Source: Candidatus Sumerlaeota bacterium (GTDB taxonomy: Bacteria; Sumerlaeota; Sumerlaeia; MVZB01; JAJFLK01). Taken from it: a DNA stretch of 16,388 nt. The stretch covers positions 1 to 16,388 of the forward strand of contig JAJFLK010000382.1 of NCBI GenBank assembly GCA_021772735.1. The letters run 5' to 3'. Position numbers and translations under genes: made by a program. Shown in pieces: positions 1-7,302 of the stretch; the stretch's first letter is position 1; each line of letters begins with the position of its first letter. Below the pieces are notes generated by a model. It had not been told where the DNA came from, made no database searches, and saw only the letters and a program-made list of their open reading frames with translations.

Positions 1-194
1 CCGACATGGACACGACAGGCGCCCGACGGCGCCAGGTCGAGCAACACGGGATTGGTCAGAAAATCATAGAAGACGATGTCGGCGCGGCGCAACACAGCCT
101 CGCCTCTGCGCGTTATCAGGCCGGGATCTCCCGGGCCGGCGCCGACCAGATAGACCTGAGGCTCGCGATAATTGCTGGAATCAGGGGAAGTCAT
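1..194 (-). CDS. cobA: Uroporphyrinogen-III C-methyltransferase (SUMT; CobA/CysG-type tetrapyrrole methylase), N-terminal fragment running off the window
   Basis: Minus-strand translation from the ATG at 194..192 gives MTSPDSSNYREPQVYLVGAGPGDPGLITRRGEAVLRRADIVFYDFLTNPVLLDLAPSGACRVHVG... This carries the VYLVGAGPGDP glycine-rich SAM-binding signature and the ADVV(L/F)YD motif of the CobA/CysG/SUMT family. Its ATG overlaps the hemC TGA as ATGA. The six-frame track missed it because the gene is truncated at the window edge. Confidence 0.7.
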   Translation of the reverse strand, partial: MTSPDSSNYREPQVYLVGAGPGDPGLITRRGEAVLRRADIVFYDFLTNPVLLDLAPSGACRVHV

Positions 195-1195
195 GAGCTG
201 AGCGTCGATGTGCCTGCCGACGTCGGGTCATCGCTTGTCTCGGATGCCACTCGCTCCAGGACGGCGCGTATGGAATCGTCTGCCCTGGCATACATTTCGT
301 CGGCGAGTTCGACCGCCAATGCCTGGAGCTTCTCGGCATCGGACGCGGTTCGCGTTTCGCGAATAAGCGATTGCCCGTCCGGAGATGAAATCATAGCCGT
401 CAGCGTCCAGATTCCGTTGGATGCGCCATCGCTTTTGTCTTCGGCGTCGGGTCCCTCCCCGAGGCGCACATGGACGCCGACCGGCGTGCGGCAGCCGCCG
501 CCGATCGTTGCGACGAACCGGCGCTCAGCATCGATGGCGATTCGCGTCGCGGCATGGTCGAGCGCCTGCATCAAATCCACAAATTCGCCCGAGCGCGTCT
601 CCAGGGCGATCGCGCCCTGACCCATCGAAGGTGTGACCTGATCGACCGAGAACCGCTCCGCGATCTCGGACTCAAGGCCGAGCCTGCGCACACCGGCCAC
701 GGCAAGCAACGTGGCTTCGGCCTCGCCGTCTCGAATCTTGCCGATGCGCGTCGGCACGTTCCCGCGCAACGGGCCGATCTTGAGATCCGGCCTCAGCGCC
801 TTGATTTGCGCACCCCGACGCAGGCTCCCCGTCGCGACGGCCGAGCCGGCCGGAAGCGTATCGAGCTTGAGGTGGTTTCGACTGATGAGCGCGTCTCGGG
901 CATCCTCGCGCTCGAGCGCCGCCGCGAGGACGAGTCCCTCGGGCAGTAACGTCGGAAGATCTTTGAGGCTGTGAACCGCAACATCGATGCGCCGCTCGAT
1001 CAGCGCGGCCTCGATTTCCTTGACGAATACGCCTTTCGCGCCGAGCGAGCCGAAATCGCGTACCTTGTCCCGGTCGCCGGTGGTCTCAATGTATATAATT
1101 TCCGGCTGCACGCCGAGAGGCCGTAGCCGCGAGGAGACGTGATCGGCCTGCCATCTCGCGAGCCGGCTTGATCTCGTGCCAATGCGAATCTTCAT
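191..1195 (-). CDS. hemC: Porphobilinogen deaminase (hydroxymethylbilane synthase)
   Basis: The ORF 191..1363 (-) contains MKIRIGTRSSRLARWQA...GSLGAKGVFVKEIE...VHSLKDLP...ATGSLRR..., which are canonical HemC motifs, together with the GGGCRTPVG dipyrromethane-cofactor cysteine region. I chose the ATG at 1195 (cat at 1193..1195) because the conserved N-terminus starts there. The 56 codons upstream in the same frame look like 5' UTR. Confidence 0.9.
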   Translation of the reverse strand: MKIRIGTRSSRLARWQADHVSSRLRPLGVQPEIIYIETTGDRDKVRDFGSLGAKGVFVKEIEAALIERRIDVAVHSLKDLPTLLPEGLVLAAALEREDARDALISRNHLKLDTLPAGSAVATGSLRRGAQIKALRPDLKIGPLRGNVPTRIGKIRDGEAEATLLAVAGVRRLGLESEIAERFSVDQVTPSMGQGAIALETRSGEFVDLMQALDHAATRIAIDAERRFVATIGGGCRTPVGVHVRLGEGPDAEDKSDGASNGIWTLTAMISSPDGQSLIRETRTASDAEKLQALAVELADEMYARADDSIRAVLERVASETSDDPTSAGTSTLSS

Positions 1196-1301
1196 GTCTG
1201 ATCTAACCATACGCTCCCGGTTCGGGCACGCTCCGCCGAGCATCGCGTTGGTCCGCAAGGCCAGCCCGCGCGGCGACATGCCGTCATAAGCAGGTGAATA
1301 C

Positions 1302-1321
1302 AAAAAAAAGCGCAACCGCGC
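1302..1321 (-). terminator. Candidate intrinsic terminator on the minus strand (GCGC-GGTT-GCGC stem-loop followed by T8)
   Basis: The plus strand reads caAAAAAAAAgcgcaaccgcgc. On the minus strand this is gcgcggttgcgcTTTTTTTT. It lies about 78 nt downstream of the stop of the 1399..1719 gene. The stem is only 4 bp, so this is a weak call. Confidence 0.3.
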
Positions 1322-1398
1322 GACAGCCCGGCTCGCAAGCGATCGATCTTGGACATGCGCCACGATGCGGCGCGGGCCGATCGACCTCGGTCAGTCGG

Positions 1399-1719
1399 TT
1401 ACTTGACCACCCCGACGTTCAGATACTGAGTCGGCTTATCCAGCATGCGGTCCGGCGGCACGACGAGAAAGAGATGTTCAGAGAACGCCGCCCTGGACAT
1501 GGCCAGGTTCCGCCCCAGAATGCGGGTTCGAGTGTAGTTATCTAGACTCTGAGAAAGGAAAGTCTTCTCCCAGTCCTGAAGGCCCGACTTGCCTGCTCCG
1601 TCGTTGAGAATCGTATAGAGCGTCTCGTAGCGCTGCTTCGCGATGTCTTTGGTTACCGCCATGTTCGATCTCCCCTCGCCCGCGATATGATCGGCCCAAG
1701 CCCACAGCGCGGAGACCAT
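1399..1719 (-). CDS. Hypothetical protein of about 106 aa, downstream of recX
   Basis: This is a minus-strand ORF (the track lists it as 1399..1758). I prefer the internal ATG at 1719 (MVSALWAWADHIAGEG...) because the strong Shine-Dalgarno-like GAGGTGGAG sits immediately upstream on the minus strand. I recognise no family motif. G+C is somewhat lower than in the neighbouring genes. Confidence 0.45.
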   Translation of the reverse strand: MVSALWAWADHIAGEGRSNMAVTKDIAKQRYETLYTILNDGAGKSGLQDWEKTFLSQSLDNYTRTRILGRNLAMSRAAFSEHLFLVVPPDRMLDKPTQYLNVGVVK

Positions 1720-1821
1720 CTCCACCTCTTCGGTGCTCGGTATAAGTGCCGGATTCAACCTTGTTCCAAAGCCGGTGAGCCTTCAAGCAAAAAGCATGGC
1801 GCGAGGCTCTCAATCTTTTGT

Positions 1822-2568
1822 TCAGGGCGAGTGGGTCTTTTCCTCGTCCCCGCCACCGATGCCGTTTCCGAGATCGCAAATCGCGCGCTCGGCAACGCTC
1901 TGGGCGAACCCGCGTCGGCATAGAAACGCAATAAACTTGCGGAGGTTGTGAGGATCATCCAGGGGACGATATCGCCCGGCGCGTTTCACCGCCAATTTGG
2001 CGCAAGCCTCGATGTCCGGATCATCACCACCCCGATCCTCGCAGAAGGCGCGCTCGATCACGGACGGCTCCAGGCCAAGACGCCGCATCTCTTCCTGGAT
2101 CTTGCGCCGGCCATACCCGCCTTCGCGCGTTCGCTTGCGCAGATGGCGCCTGGCAACCTCCAGATCGTCGACCGTCCCGGATTCGGCCAATTGGGCCAAC
2201 GCGTGCTCGGCGGCGGCTGAACCAAATCCGCGCCCGCGCAGATAGCGGGAGAGCTCTGCATGAGAGCGGCGCCGCAATGCGCAACGCGAGGCGGCGGCCC
2301 GCCGTGCCCGGAGCGTTTCGTCGGCCAGGGCAACCTCGCGCAGGCGCGTGGCCGAAAGCAACGCGCCCTTCTTGAGCCCCTCGGAGACGACGATCTCTGG
2401 ATCGAGTTCCGCCCACGGTTCGCCGTCCAGCTCGACGGCGCACACCCCAAGCGGATGGCGACTTTTCTTGCGGTAGCGGATGGCTGTGATCGTCACGGGC
2501 GAGGTTGGCAGCTCGGAGGTCTGCGGATCGGGATATCTGGCCTGACTCGTCACATCTTCACCGGTCAT
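1822..2568 (-). CDS. recX: Recombination regulator RecX
   Basis: It contains VTITAIRYRKKSRHPLGVCAVELDGEPWAELDPEIVVSEGLKKGALLS, a RecX N-terminal pattern in which ITAI is followed by a DG-containing strand. The tandem three-helix repeats are also present: AELSRYLRGRGF...EHALAQLAESGTVDD..., RKRTREGGYGRRKIQEEMRRLGLEPSVIERAF..., and KFIAFLCRRGFAQSVAE. I chose the ATG at 2568 (MTGEDV...). The extra upstream ORF extent to 2685 is probably not coding. Confidence 0.8.
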   Translation of the reverse strand: MTGEDVTSQARYPDPQTSELPTSPVTITAIRYRKKSRHPLGVCAVELDGEPWAELDPEIVVSEGLKKGALLSATRLREVALADETLRARRAAASRCALRRRSHAELSRYLRGRGFGSAAAEHALAQLAESGTVDDLEVARRHLRKRTREGGYGRRKIQEEMRRLGLEPSVIERAFCEDRGGDDPDIEACAKLAVKRAGRYRPLDDPHNLRKFIAFLCRRGFAQSVAERAICDLGNGIGGGDEEKTHSP

Positions 2569-2815
2569 ATCGTCGCCTGCTTCGAGCAGACAAATGTTAC
2601 GACCCGCCGAGCATCGCCGCGGCCCGCTTGATCCCTTGATTATAAACGCCCGGGCCGGACTTGCAACCCGCGGCCTCCGTCGCATTCGGGCCGGGAAGCG
2701 AAAGGCATATCACGAGTCGATCTTTGCCCGCTCTTTGGCTAGGATGCGGCGGTTTGTGCACCGGCACGGGTGCGCCACAAGATCGACTTCCAAAGTGGAG
2801 GCCGCCTGACACATC

Positions 2816-3418
2816 ATGCGAATGCAGCCTATTTTTCTCGCCCTTTGCGCCGTCTCATTTCTCCTGCTCGGGTACACGTTCCAGCTTGGCCGGACGTATC
2901 ATCTCGGCTCCGCGACGGGACCGGATGGCGAGGTTGTCGCCGTGCAGAGCGCCGACGGCGCCGGCGCGCCCGAAGGGGCGTTCGGGTGGGGACTGCTCGG
3001 AACCCACTTCGTCATGGGCATCGCCAGCGGCATCTTCGTCTGTTTCGTCCATAGCATTGTGCTCGTCTATTTCCTCGGCACCGGCAAGGCGATCAAGGAA
3101 CAGATGGAACTGCAGAACTGGGCCGAGGAACCCTACGAGCGATCGAGAAAAATAATGGGGCAATCGCTAATGCCGGCAACGGCCGGGATCGTGCTGGTCA
3201 TCATCGCGGCCTTCTCCGGAGGCTTCTCGCTGATCCAGGTGGCCGATCCCGACGTGCATATGCTGATCGCCGCGTGTGGCATCATGGGCCAGATTCCGGT
3301 CTACGCACGCCAGTGGACGCTGATTCGCGAGAACGGCCGTCTGATGGATGAAGTCGTCGAGCGCCTCGGCGGCGATGACATTCGCATCGCCCGGCGAACC
3401 TCGCCCCCTCCTAACTAA
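2816..3418 (+). CDS. Hypothetical integral membrane protein with about 4 TM helices
   Basis: The 200-aa ORF has hydrophobic helices at IFLALCAVSFLLLGY, HFVMGIASGIFVCFVHSIVLVYFLG, ATAGIVLVIIAAFSGGFSLI and MLIAACGIMGQIPVY. Codon usage matches the neighbouring genes. GGAG at 2797..2800 is a distant Shine-Dalgarno. It is divergent from recX and convergent with the glycosyltransferase pair. Confidence 0.55.
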   Translation: MRMQPIFLALCAVSFLLLGYTFQLGRTYHLGSATGPDGEVVAVQSADGAGAPEGAFGWGLLGTHFVMGIASGIFVCFVHSIVLVYFLGTGKAIKEQMELQNWAEEPYERSRKIMGQSLMPATAGIVLVIIAAFSGGFSLIQVADPDVHMLIAACGIMGQIPVYARQWTLIRENGRLMDEVVERLGGDDIRIARRTSPPPN

Positions 3419-3428
3419 TCCGCATCGA

Positions 3429-3464
3429 TCATGCGCCGGGTCATGCGGCGTCTCATGCGTCGGG
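3429..3464. repeat. Three tandem 12-nt repeat units (TCATGCG + 5 variable nt) at the convergent junction between the membrane-protein gene and the glycosyltransferase
   Basis: The units are tcatgcgccggg, tcatgcggcgtc and tcatgcgtcggg, starting at 3429, 3441 and 3453. They are followed by a perfect 12-bp palindrome GGCCCGCGGGCC at 3463..3474 and preceded by CGCAT/ATGCG inverted arms at 3421..3435. Confidence 0.5.
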
Positions 3465-4601
3465 CCCGCGGGCCTCGTCTGCGGCCTGCTCGTAAACGCG
3501 CAAGGTCGTCTGAGCGGTGGTATCCCAGGAAAATTGTTTGATCCGCTCGCGTCCACGCGCGATCAGGTCTTGGGCGAAAACCTGATCATCCAGAACGCGA
3601 GCGAGCGCGGCGGCGAGTGCTGGGGCGTCGCCGGGTGGGACTCGCAGGGCCGCTTCGCCCGCGATCTCGGGCAGCGATCCGTGCTCCGCTATGACGACGG
3701 GGCAGCCCATCTCCATCGCCTCGAGCACGGGAAAGCCGAATCCTTCGTGAGTCGTCGCCATGGCGAGCACCGATGCCCCTCGGTAAAGCTCGCGCAATTC
3801 GGATTCGCCGACGTGCTCGACAACCGTCACCGCCTCCCCTGCCCCGACACCCAGCCCGAGCTCGCCCATGAGCCGCGCCAGCGGCGGATAGAATCGGTCT
3901 TTGCTCAGAGCGAGAACCAGACGCAGGCCTGACGCCGATTGCGATTTGCGCATTTGCGCGAAGGCACGGACGAGCGTCGGCAACTGCTTATTCGGCCGAG
4001 TGCTTCCGACATAGAGAATCGTTCGCTCGCCGGGCGGGGGATCCCTCTTTGGCGGGGAAACCCCTTCCGCCCCGAGCTCATGCCCGAGAACGGCGGTCTC
4101 GACTTTCTTCTCGAACTCGGGAAAAAGATCCGCGACCTGATCGCGAGTAAATTGTGAATCGGCCATGACCCGGCGAGCGCGCCGAAGCGTCGAGCGATAC
4201 TCCCATCGATAAAACGCCCCGTAAGCCTCAGGCACCGGCCAGGGGCGACGGGCCGAGAAACCCGGCACCGTAAGCGGCTGGCAATCGTGGAACGTCACGA
4301 CGAACGGCGTCTTCATCCCCAGCGGCGCGACAGGGAAAGTGATATGCGCCAGATCGCACCGGGCCTTGTCGATCCGGCGGCCCATCTTGAAAAGCGTCCC
4401 GAAACTCAGCGGCGCGAACGGGACCTGGCGAAACTCGAATTTGGGCGGCGCATGGTCGGGGATGCGATGGCCCTCCCCGACGAAAATGATGTAACGGTTC
4501 TCGGCGCCCGTCCGGGCCAAGGCGCCGAGCAGGCCTTCGCTATACCGCGCGATGCCCGAGGGGCGGCCTGAGAGGTAACGCGCGTCGATCGCGATCTTCA
4601 T
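3453..4601 (-). CDS. Glycosyltransferase family 1 (GT4-type, retaining)
   Basis: The conserved start is MKIAIDARYL (ATG at 4601). The C-terminal EX7E-type motif reads EGFGFPVLEAMEMGCPVVIAEHGSLPEIAGEAA, with STRPNKQLPTLVRAF upstream of it. Its start overlaps the stop of the upstream glycosyltransferase as ATGA. Confidence 0.85.
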   Translation of the reverse strand: MKIAIDARYLSGRPSGIARYSEGLLGALARTGAENRYIIFVGEGHRIPDHAPPKFEFRQVPFAPLSFGTLFKMGRRIDKARCDLAHITFPVAPLGMKTPFVVTFHDCQPLTVPGFSARRPWPVPEAYGAFYRWEYRSTLRRARRVMADSQFTRDQVADLFPEFEKKVETAVLGHELGAEGVSPPKRDPPPGERTILYVGSTRPNKQLPTLVRAFAQMRKSQSASGLRLVLALSKDRFYPPLARLMGELGLGVGAGEAVTVVEHVGESELRELYRGASVLAMATTHEGFGFPVLEAMEMGCPVVIAEHGSLPEIAGEAALRVPPGDAPALAAALARVLDDQVFAQDLIARGRERIKQFSWDTTAQTTLRVYEQAADEARGPDA

Positions 4602-5764
4602 GGGGCAAGATCCTCGCTCATCTCGCCGACCATGGCATCCCAACCCCGGCCCAATGCATAGCCTTTGCCCCGTTCGGCACGTATGGTCGCATCGCCTCTT
4701 ATCTTGCTCCAATCGCGGGCCACGCGAGCCCAGCCTTCGGGATTGTCTTCGAGCAGAACAAAATCGCTCAAGAAGCGAACGATATCAGGCAGCGGCGTCG
4801 TCAAAACAGGCTTGCCTCCGGCGAGATACTCCAGCGCCTTGACCGGATAGAGGAATCGGTGCGGCCCTTCGAAATCGTATGGGATGAGCGCAAGATCCAT
4901 GCAGGCCAACCAGGCAGGCAGGCTCGCGTAGGGCCGAAGTCCGATCCACTGGACGCGCGGGCTATCGGGCAATTTGGGGGATTGCGTGCTCCCCGGGCCG
5001 ATGAGCAAAACGTTCCATTGCTCGCCAGCGAGGGCTTCGATCAGGTCGGGACGCACGCGTTCATTGATGGCTCCGAAGTAACCGGCCAGGCGGGGATGGT
5101 CGGCGTCCGGATCGGCATCGTCGTCGGCATCGCCTTTGTCCGGGGGAAACAGACTCTCAATCTCGGCGCGGAACTGCGCGACCTGCGCGGGGTCGGGGTT
5201 CGCGAATCGATCGCCTTCGACGCCGCAGGGGATGAACCGAGCAGGCGTTCCGGCGGCTTCGTGCCGATCGGCCAGCGATGCCGTCCCGGTCCAGATGATA
5301 TCGGCCGCCTCCCGTGCCGCCCGCTCTTTGCCCTCGAGCCATTCGGCGCTCGGCGCGAATGCCGACAGGTCGTCCATATTGTCCAGGATGCGGCGGCGCG
5401 CCGGGACTTTTGCGGCGACGTCGGCCCAGCGCGGGTCGTTGAAGATGACAACATCCCACGCATCATCCCGCGCGACATCCCGCGCGTCTGGTCTCACGTT
5501 CGCAATGGCGCGGAGCACACTCTTCTCGTTCAGCTTGCCAATCAGGTCCAGCTTGCGTGCGCCGGGCAGGGCTGCTGGCGTGACGACGCGCAGATTCGGC
5601 GGAAGATCGAGGCCGCTCTCGATCTGTTGGCCCCTGCGATGGACGTAACCGGGCGAGACGTAAGTCACGTCCCACCCCCGGCGGGCGAACCCGAGCGCCA
5701 TATGCTGCGGGCGCTGGAAAGCGCCACTCCACTCGACAAACGATATAATCAACATCGATGGCAT
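4598..5764 (-). CDS. Glycosyltransferase, family-1-like (TuaH/WcaL-like architecture)
   Basis: The N-terminus MPSMLIISFVEWSGAFQRPQHMALGFARRGWDVTYVSP is typical of GT-B enzymes that lack the usual G-rich loop. A C-terminal nucleotide-sugar-binding half is present (LIGPGS...VQWIGLRPYASLPAWLACMDLALIPY...YPVKALEYLAGGKPVLTT). An Asp-rich insert (DKGDADDDADPDADHP) is also present. The start could instead be at M4 (5755). Confidence 0.7.
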   Translation of the reverse strand: MPSMLIISFVEWSGAFQRPQHMALGFARRGWDVTYVSPGYVHRRGQQIESGLDLPPNLRVVTPAALPGARKLDLIGKLNEKSVLRAIANVRPDARDVARDDAWDVVIFNDPRWADVAAKVPARRRILDNMDDLSAFAPSAEWLEGKERAAREAADIIWTGTASLADRHEAAGTPARFIPCGVEGDRFANPDPAQVAQFRAEIESLFPPDKGDADDDADPDADHPRLAGYFGAINERVRPDLIEALAGEQWNVLLIGPGSTQSPKLPDSPRVQWIGLRPYASLPAWLACMDLALIPYDFEGPHRFLYPVKALEYLAGGKPVLTTPLPDIVRFLSDFVLLEDNPEGWARVARDWSKIRGDATIRAERGKGYALGRGWDAMVGEMSEDLAP

Positions 5765-5875
5765 AGGGAACCGAAAACGATGGCCTGACTTGGAATAAGT
5801 CGAACTCTAACCCAGGTCCGAGGGTCTGCCGGCGGCCGTCCTGATTTGCTGCGGCCCCGCGCCCGGGGCTTAACC

Positions 5876-5903
5876 ATGACATTTTGCCGCCTTCTGGTAG
5901 GAT
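5876..5903 (+). promoter_or_regulatory. Candidate sigma70-type promoter (ATGACA-N16-TAGGAT) that would give a leaderless or near-leaderless transcript for the 5911 gene
   Basis: The -35-like ATGACA is at 5876..5881, followed by a 16-nt spacer and TAGGAT at 5898..5903. The ATG of the downstream gene lies 7 nt after the -10, and no convincing Shine-Dalgarno precedes it. Confidence 0.25.
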
Positions 5904-5910
5904 TGCAACA

Positions 5911-7296
5911 ATGAGCACGGAAACCGAATCACGCGAACCGGATGCGGCGCTGCACTTTCCCGAAGACCAGAACTACGCGTGCGTCAAATGCGGCCGATCG
6001 TGCGAGATGTTCGATGAGGTCGAGCTGGACCCGCAAACGCAAGAGCGATGGGCCGAGCAGTTCCCGGGCAAACAGACCCTGCGCAGAACAAATCCGGACG
6101 AAGCCGGCAAGCCCATCGCGATTGAGAGTCCCTGGGATCCCGGCAAATCCACGCTGCGCAAGAAGGACGAGGCCCGTGCAGGGAACGCCTGCTGCCTGCT
6201 GAACGAAGACAGGCTCTGCGAGGCGCACTGCCGCCTCGGCGAAGAGGCCAAACCAGTCGTCTGCCGGACATTCCCCTACAAGTTCGTCGATACCCCGGAT
6301 GGAGTTTACGTCGGGCTTTCCTTCGCCTGCACGGCCGTCCTGCGCGATGAAGGCCCCCCGGTCGGAGAAAGCGAATCTGATACTCGCGAGATCCACGCGT
6401 TGAGTGAACGATACCGAACACGACTTCACAGTGACGAGACCGGCGAGGAAATTCTGCTCTCGCCAAGCGTTTCGATCCCCTTCAAATCCTATTGCATGAT
6501 CGAGACTGATTTGGCGGAGTTGCTCGACGCCGCGCCGGACGTCGGCACGGGGCTCATCGCGCAATCCACCTATCTCGGCATGCTCTCGCGCTTCCTTCTC
6601 GAATCGAAATCACTGCCCGGCGCGCCTGGGGCGCAGATGCAGGAACGAATCCTGGAGGTCTTCCGCGCCAGAATGCGCGGCGAGGCGGCAGAAGACGGCT
6701 CCGGGAGGTGGCAACGAATTTTCGCAATTGCGCTCAAGCCCAAGTCCGCGCCGCTGCTCAGGCGAGTTTTTCTCGGATACGTCCTTGCGCTGCGGCGCCA
6801 ATACGATCGCCGGCTCGGGGCTTTGGCGACCGCGCTGGCGACCTCGCGAAATTACGCCGCCTATGCGATCGGCCGTGGAGAGATCGAACTGCCTGAATCC
6901 GGCGAGCGCCTGGCCTATCGCGATATCGCGAAGATCAAGTTCGAGCCGAATCAAGACGACGCCCGCGAATTGCTCGCGCGTTATTTCAGGCATTGCCTGC
7001 ACCGCAAGGATCTCGCACTCGGAGATGATGTCCGCTTCGCGCACAATATCATGCTGACGCATTACGGCCTGATCGGGTGGTACGCGCGCGCGTTCGCCTT
7101 ATCCGGAGGCCGAAGCGAAGCAGGTCTCGATGATTTTCACGAAGCGATCCGGACTGTGGAAGCTTACTTTGGTCTGCACTATTCGACGTTCGGAAAACTG
7201 TTCACGGCGAACCCGCGCCTCAAGGCCATCATGATCGGACTGTTCTCGCGCCCCATCTTTGCCTTCGCGATGACGCGCGGCGAAGAGCGCAAATAA
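5911..7296 (+). CDS. Cysteine-rich YkgJ/FliB-family (putative Zn/Fe-chelating, PF03692-like) domain protein fused to a ~330-aa helical domain of unknown function
   Basis: The protein has 461 aa from the ATG at 5911. The track's start at 5884 is a TTG. The N-terminus has CVKCGRSC, a roughly 55-aa insert, then GNACCLLNEDRLCEAHC...KPVVCRTFPY. This matches the CxxCGxCC ... NACC ... C-R-x-F-P signature of the YkgJ family. The C-terminal two thirds are Ala/Leu/Arg-rich and helical, with no motif I recognise. A tandem TAA TAA stop follows. Confidence 0.7.
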   Translation: MSTETESREPDAALHFPEDQNYACVKCGRSCEMFDEVELDPQTQERWAEQFPGKQTLRRTNPDEAGKPIAIESPWDPGKSTLRKKDEARAGNACCLLNEDRLCEAHCRLGEEAKPVVCRTFPYKFVDTPDGVYVGLSFACTAVLRDEGPPVGESESDTREIHALSERYRTRLHSDETGEEILLSPSVSIPFKSYCMIETDLAELLDAAPDVGTGLIAQSTYLGMLSRFLLESKSLPGAPGAQMQERILEVFRARMRGEAAEDGSGRWQRIFAIALKPKSAPLLRRVFLGYVLALRRQYDRRLGALATALATSRNYAAYAIGRGEIELPESGERLAYRDIAKIKFEPNQDDARELLARYFRHCLHRKDLALGDDVRFAHNIMLTHYGLIGWYARAFALSGGRSEAGLDDFHEAIRTVEAYFGLHYSTFGKLFTANPRLKAIMIGLFSRPIFAFAMTRGEERK

Positions 7297-7302
7297 TAAC
7301 GC

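Noticed and set aside
6-620. 204-aa plus-strand ORF at the left edge
   Set aside because: It lies antisense to the clearly coding hemC and to the CobA/CysG N-terminus. It has no motif I recognise and shows the Arg/Ala/Ser-rich composition typical of shadow ORFs in high-G+C DNA.
1196-1398. Possible cobalamin or other riboswitch in the hemC 5' region
   Set aside because: I found no B12-box (GCCACTG-like) and no other recognisable riboswitch core on the minus strand. The only structured element is the GCGC/GCGC hairpin with T8. I interpret it as a terminator of the upstream gene.
5100-5135. Tandem GGCATCG repeats inside the upstream glycosyltransferase
   Set aside because: They simply encode the Asp-rich DADDDADPDAD loop in frame. 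This is coding low-complexity sequence rather than a regulatory repeat.
4859-5788. 309-aa plus-strand ORF and other long antisense ORFs (5136..5648, 5929..6564, 5984..6466)
   Set aside because: They are antisense to the glycosyltransferase or the YkgJ-fusion genes, which have clear family motifs. No start context or motifs are visible. They are a high-G+C stop-codon-depletion artefact.
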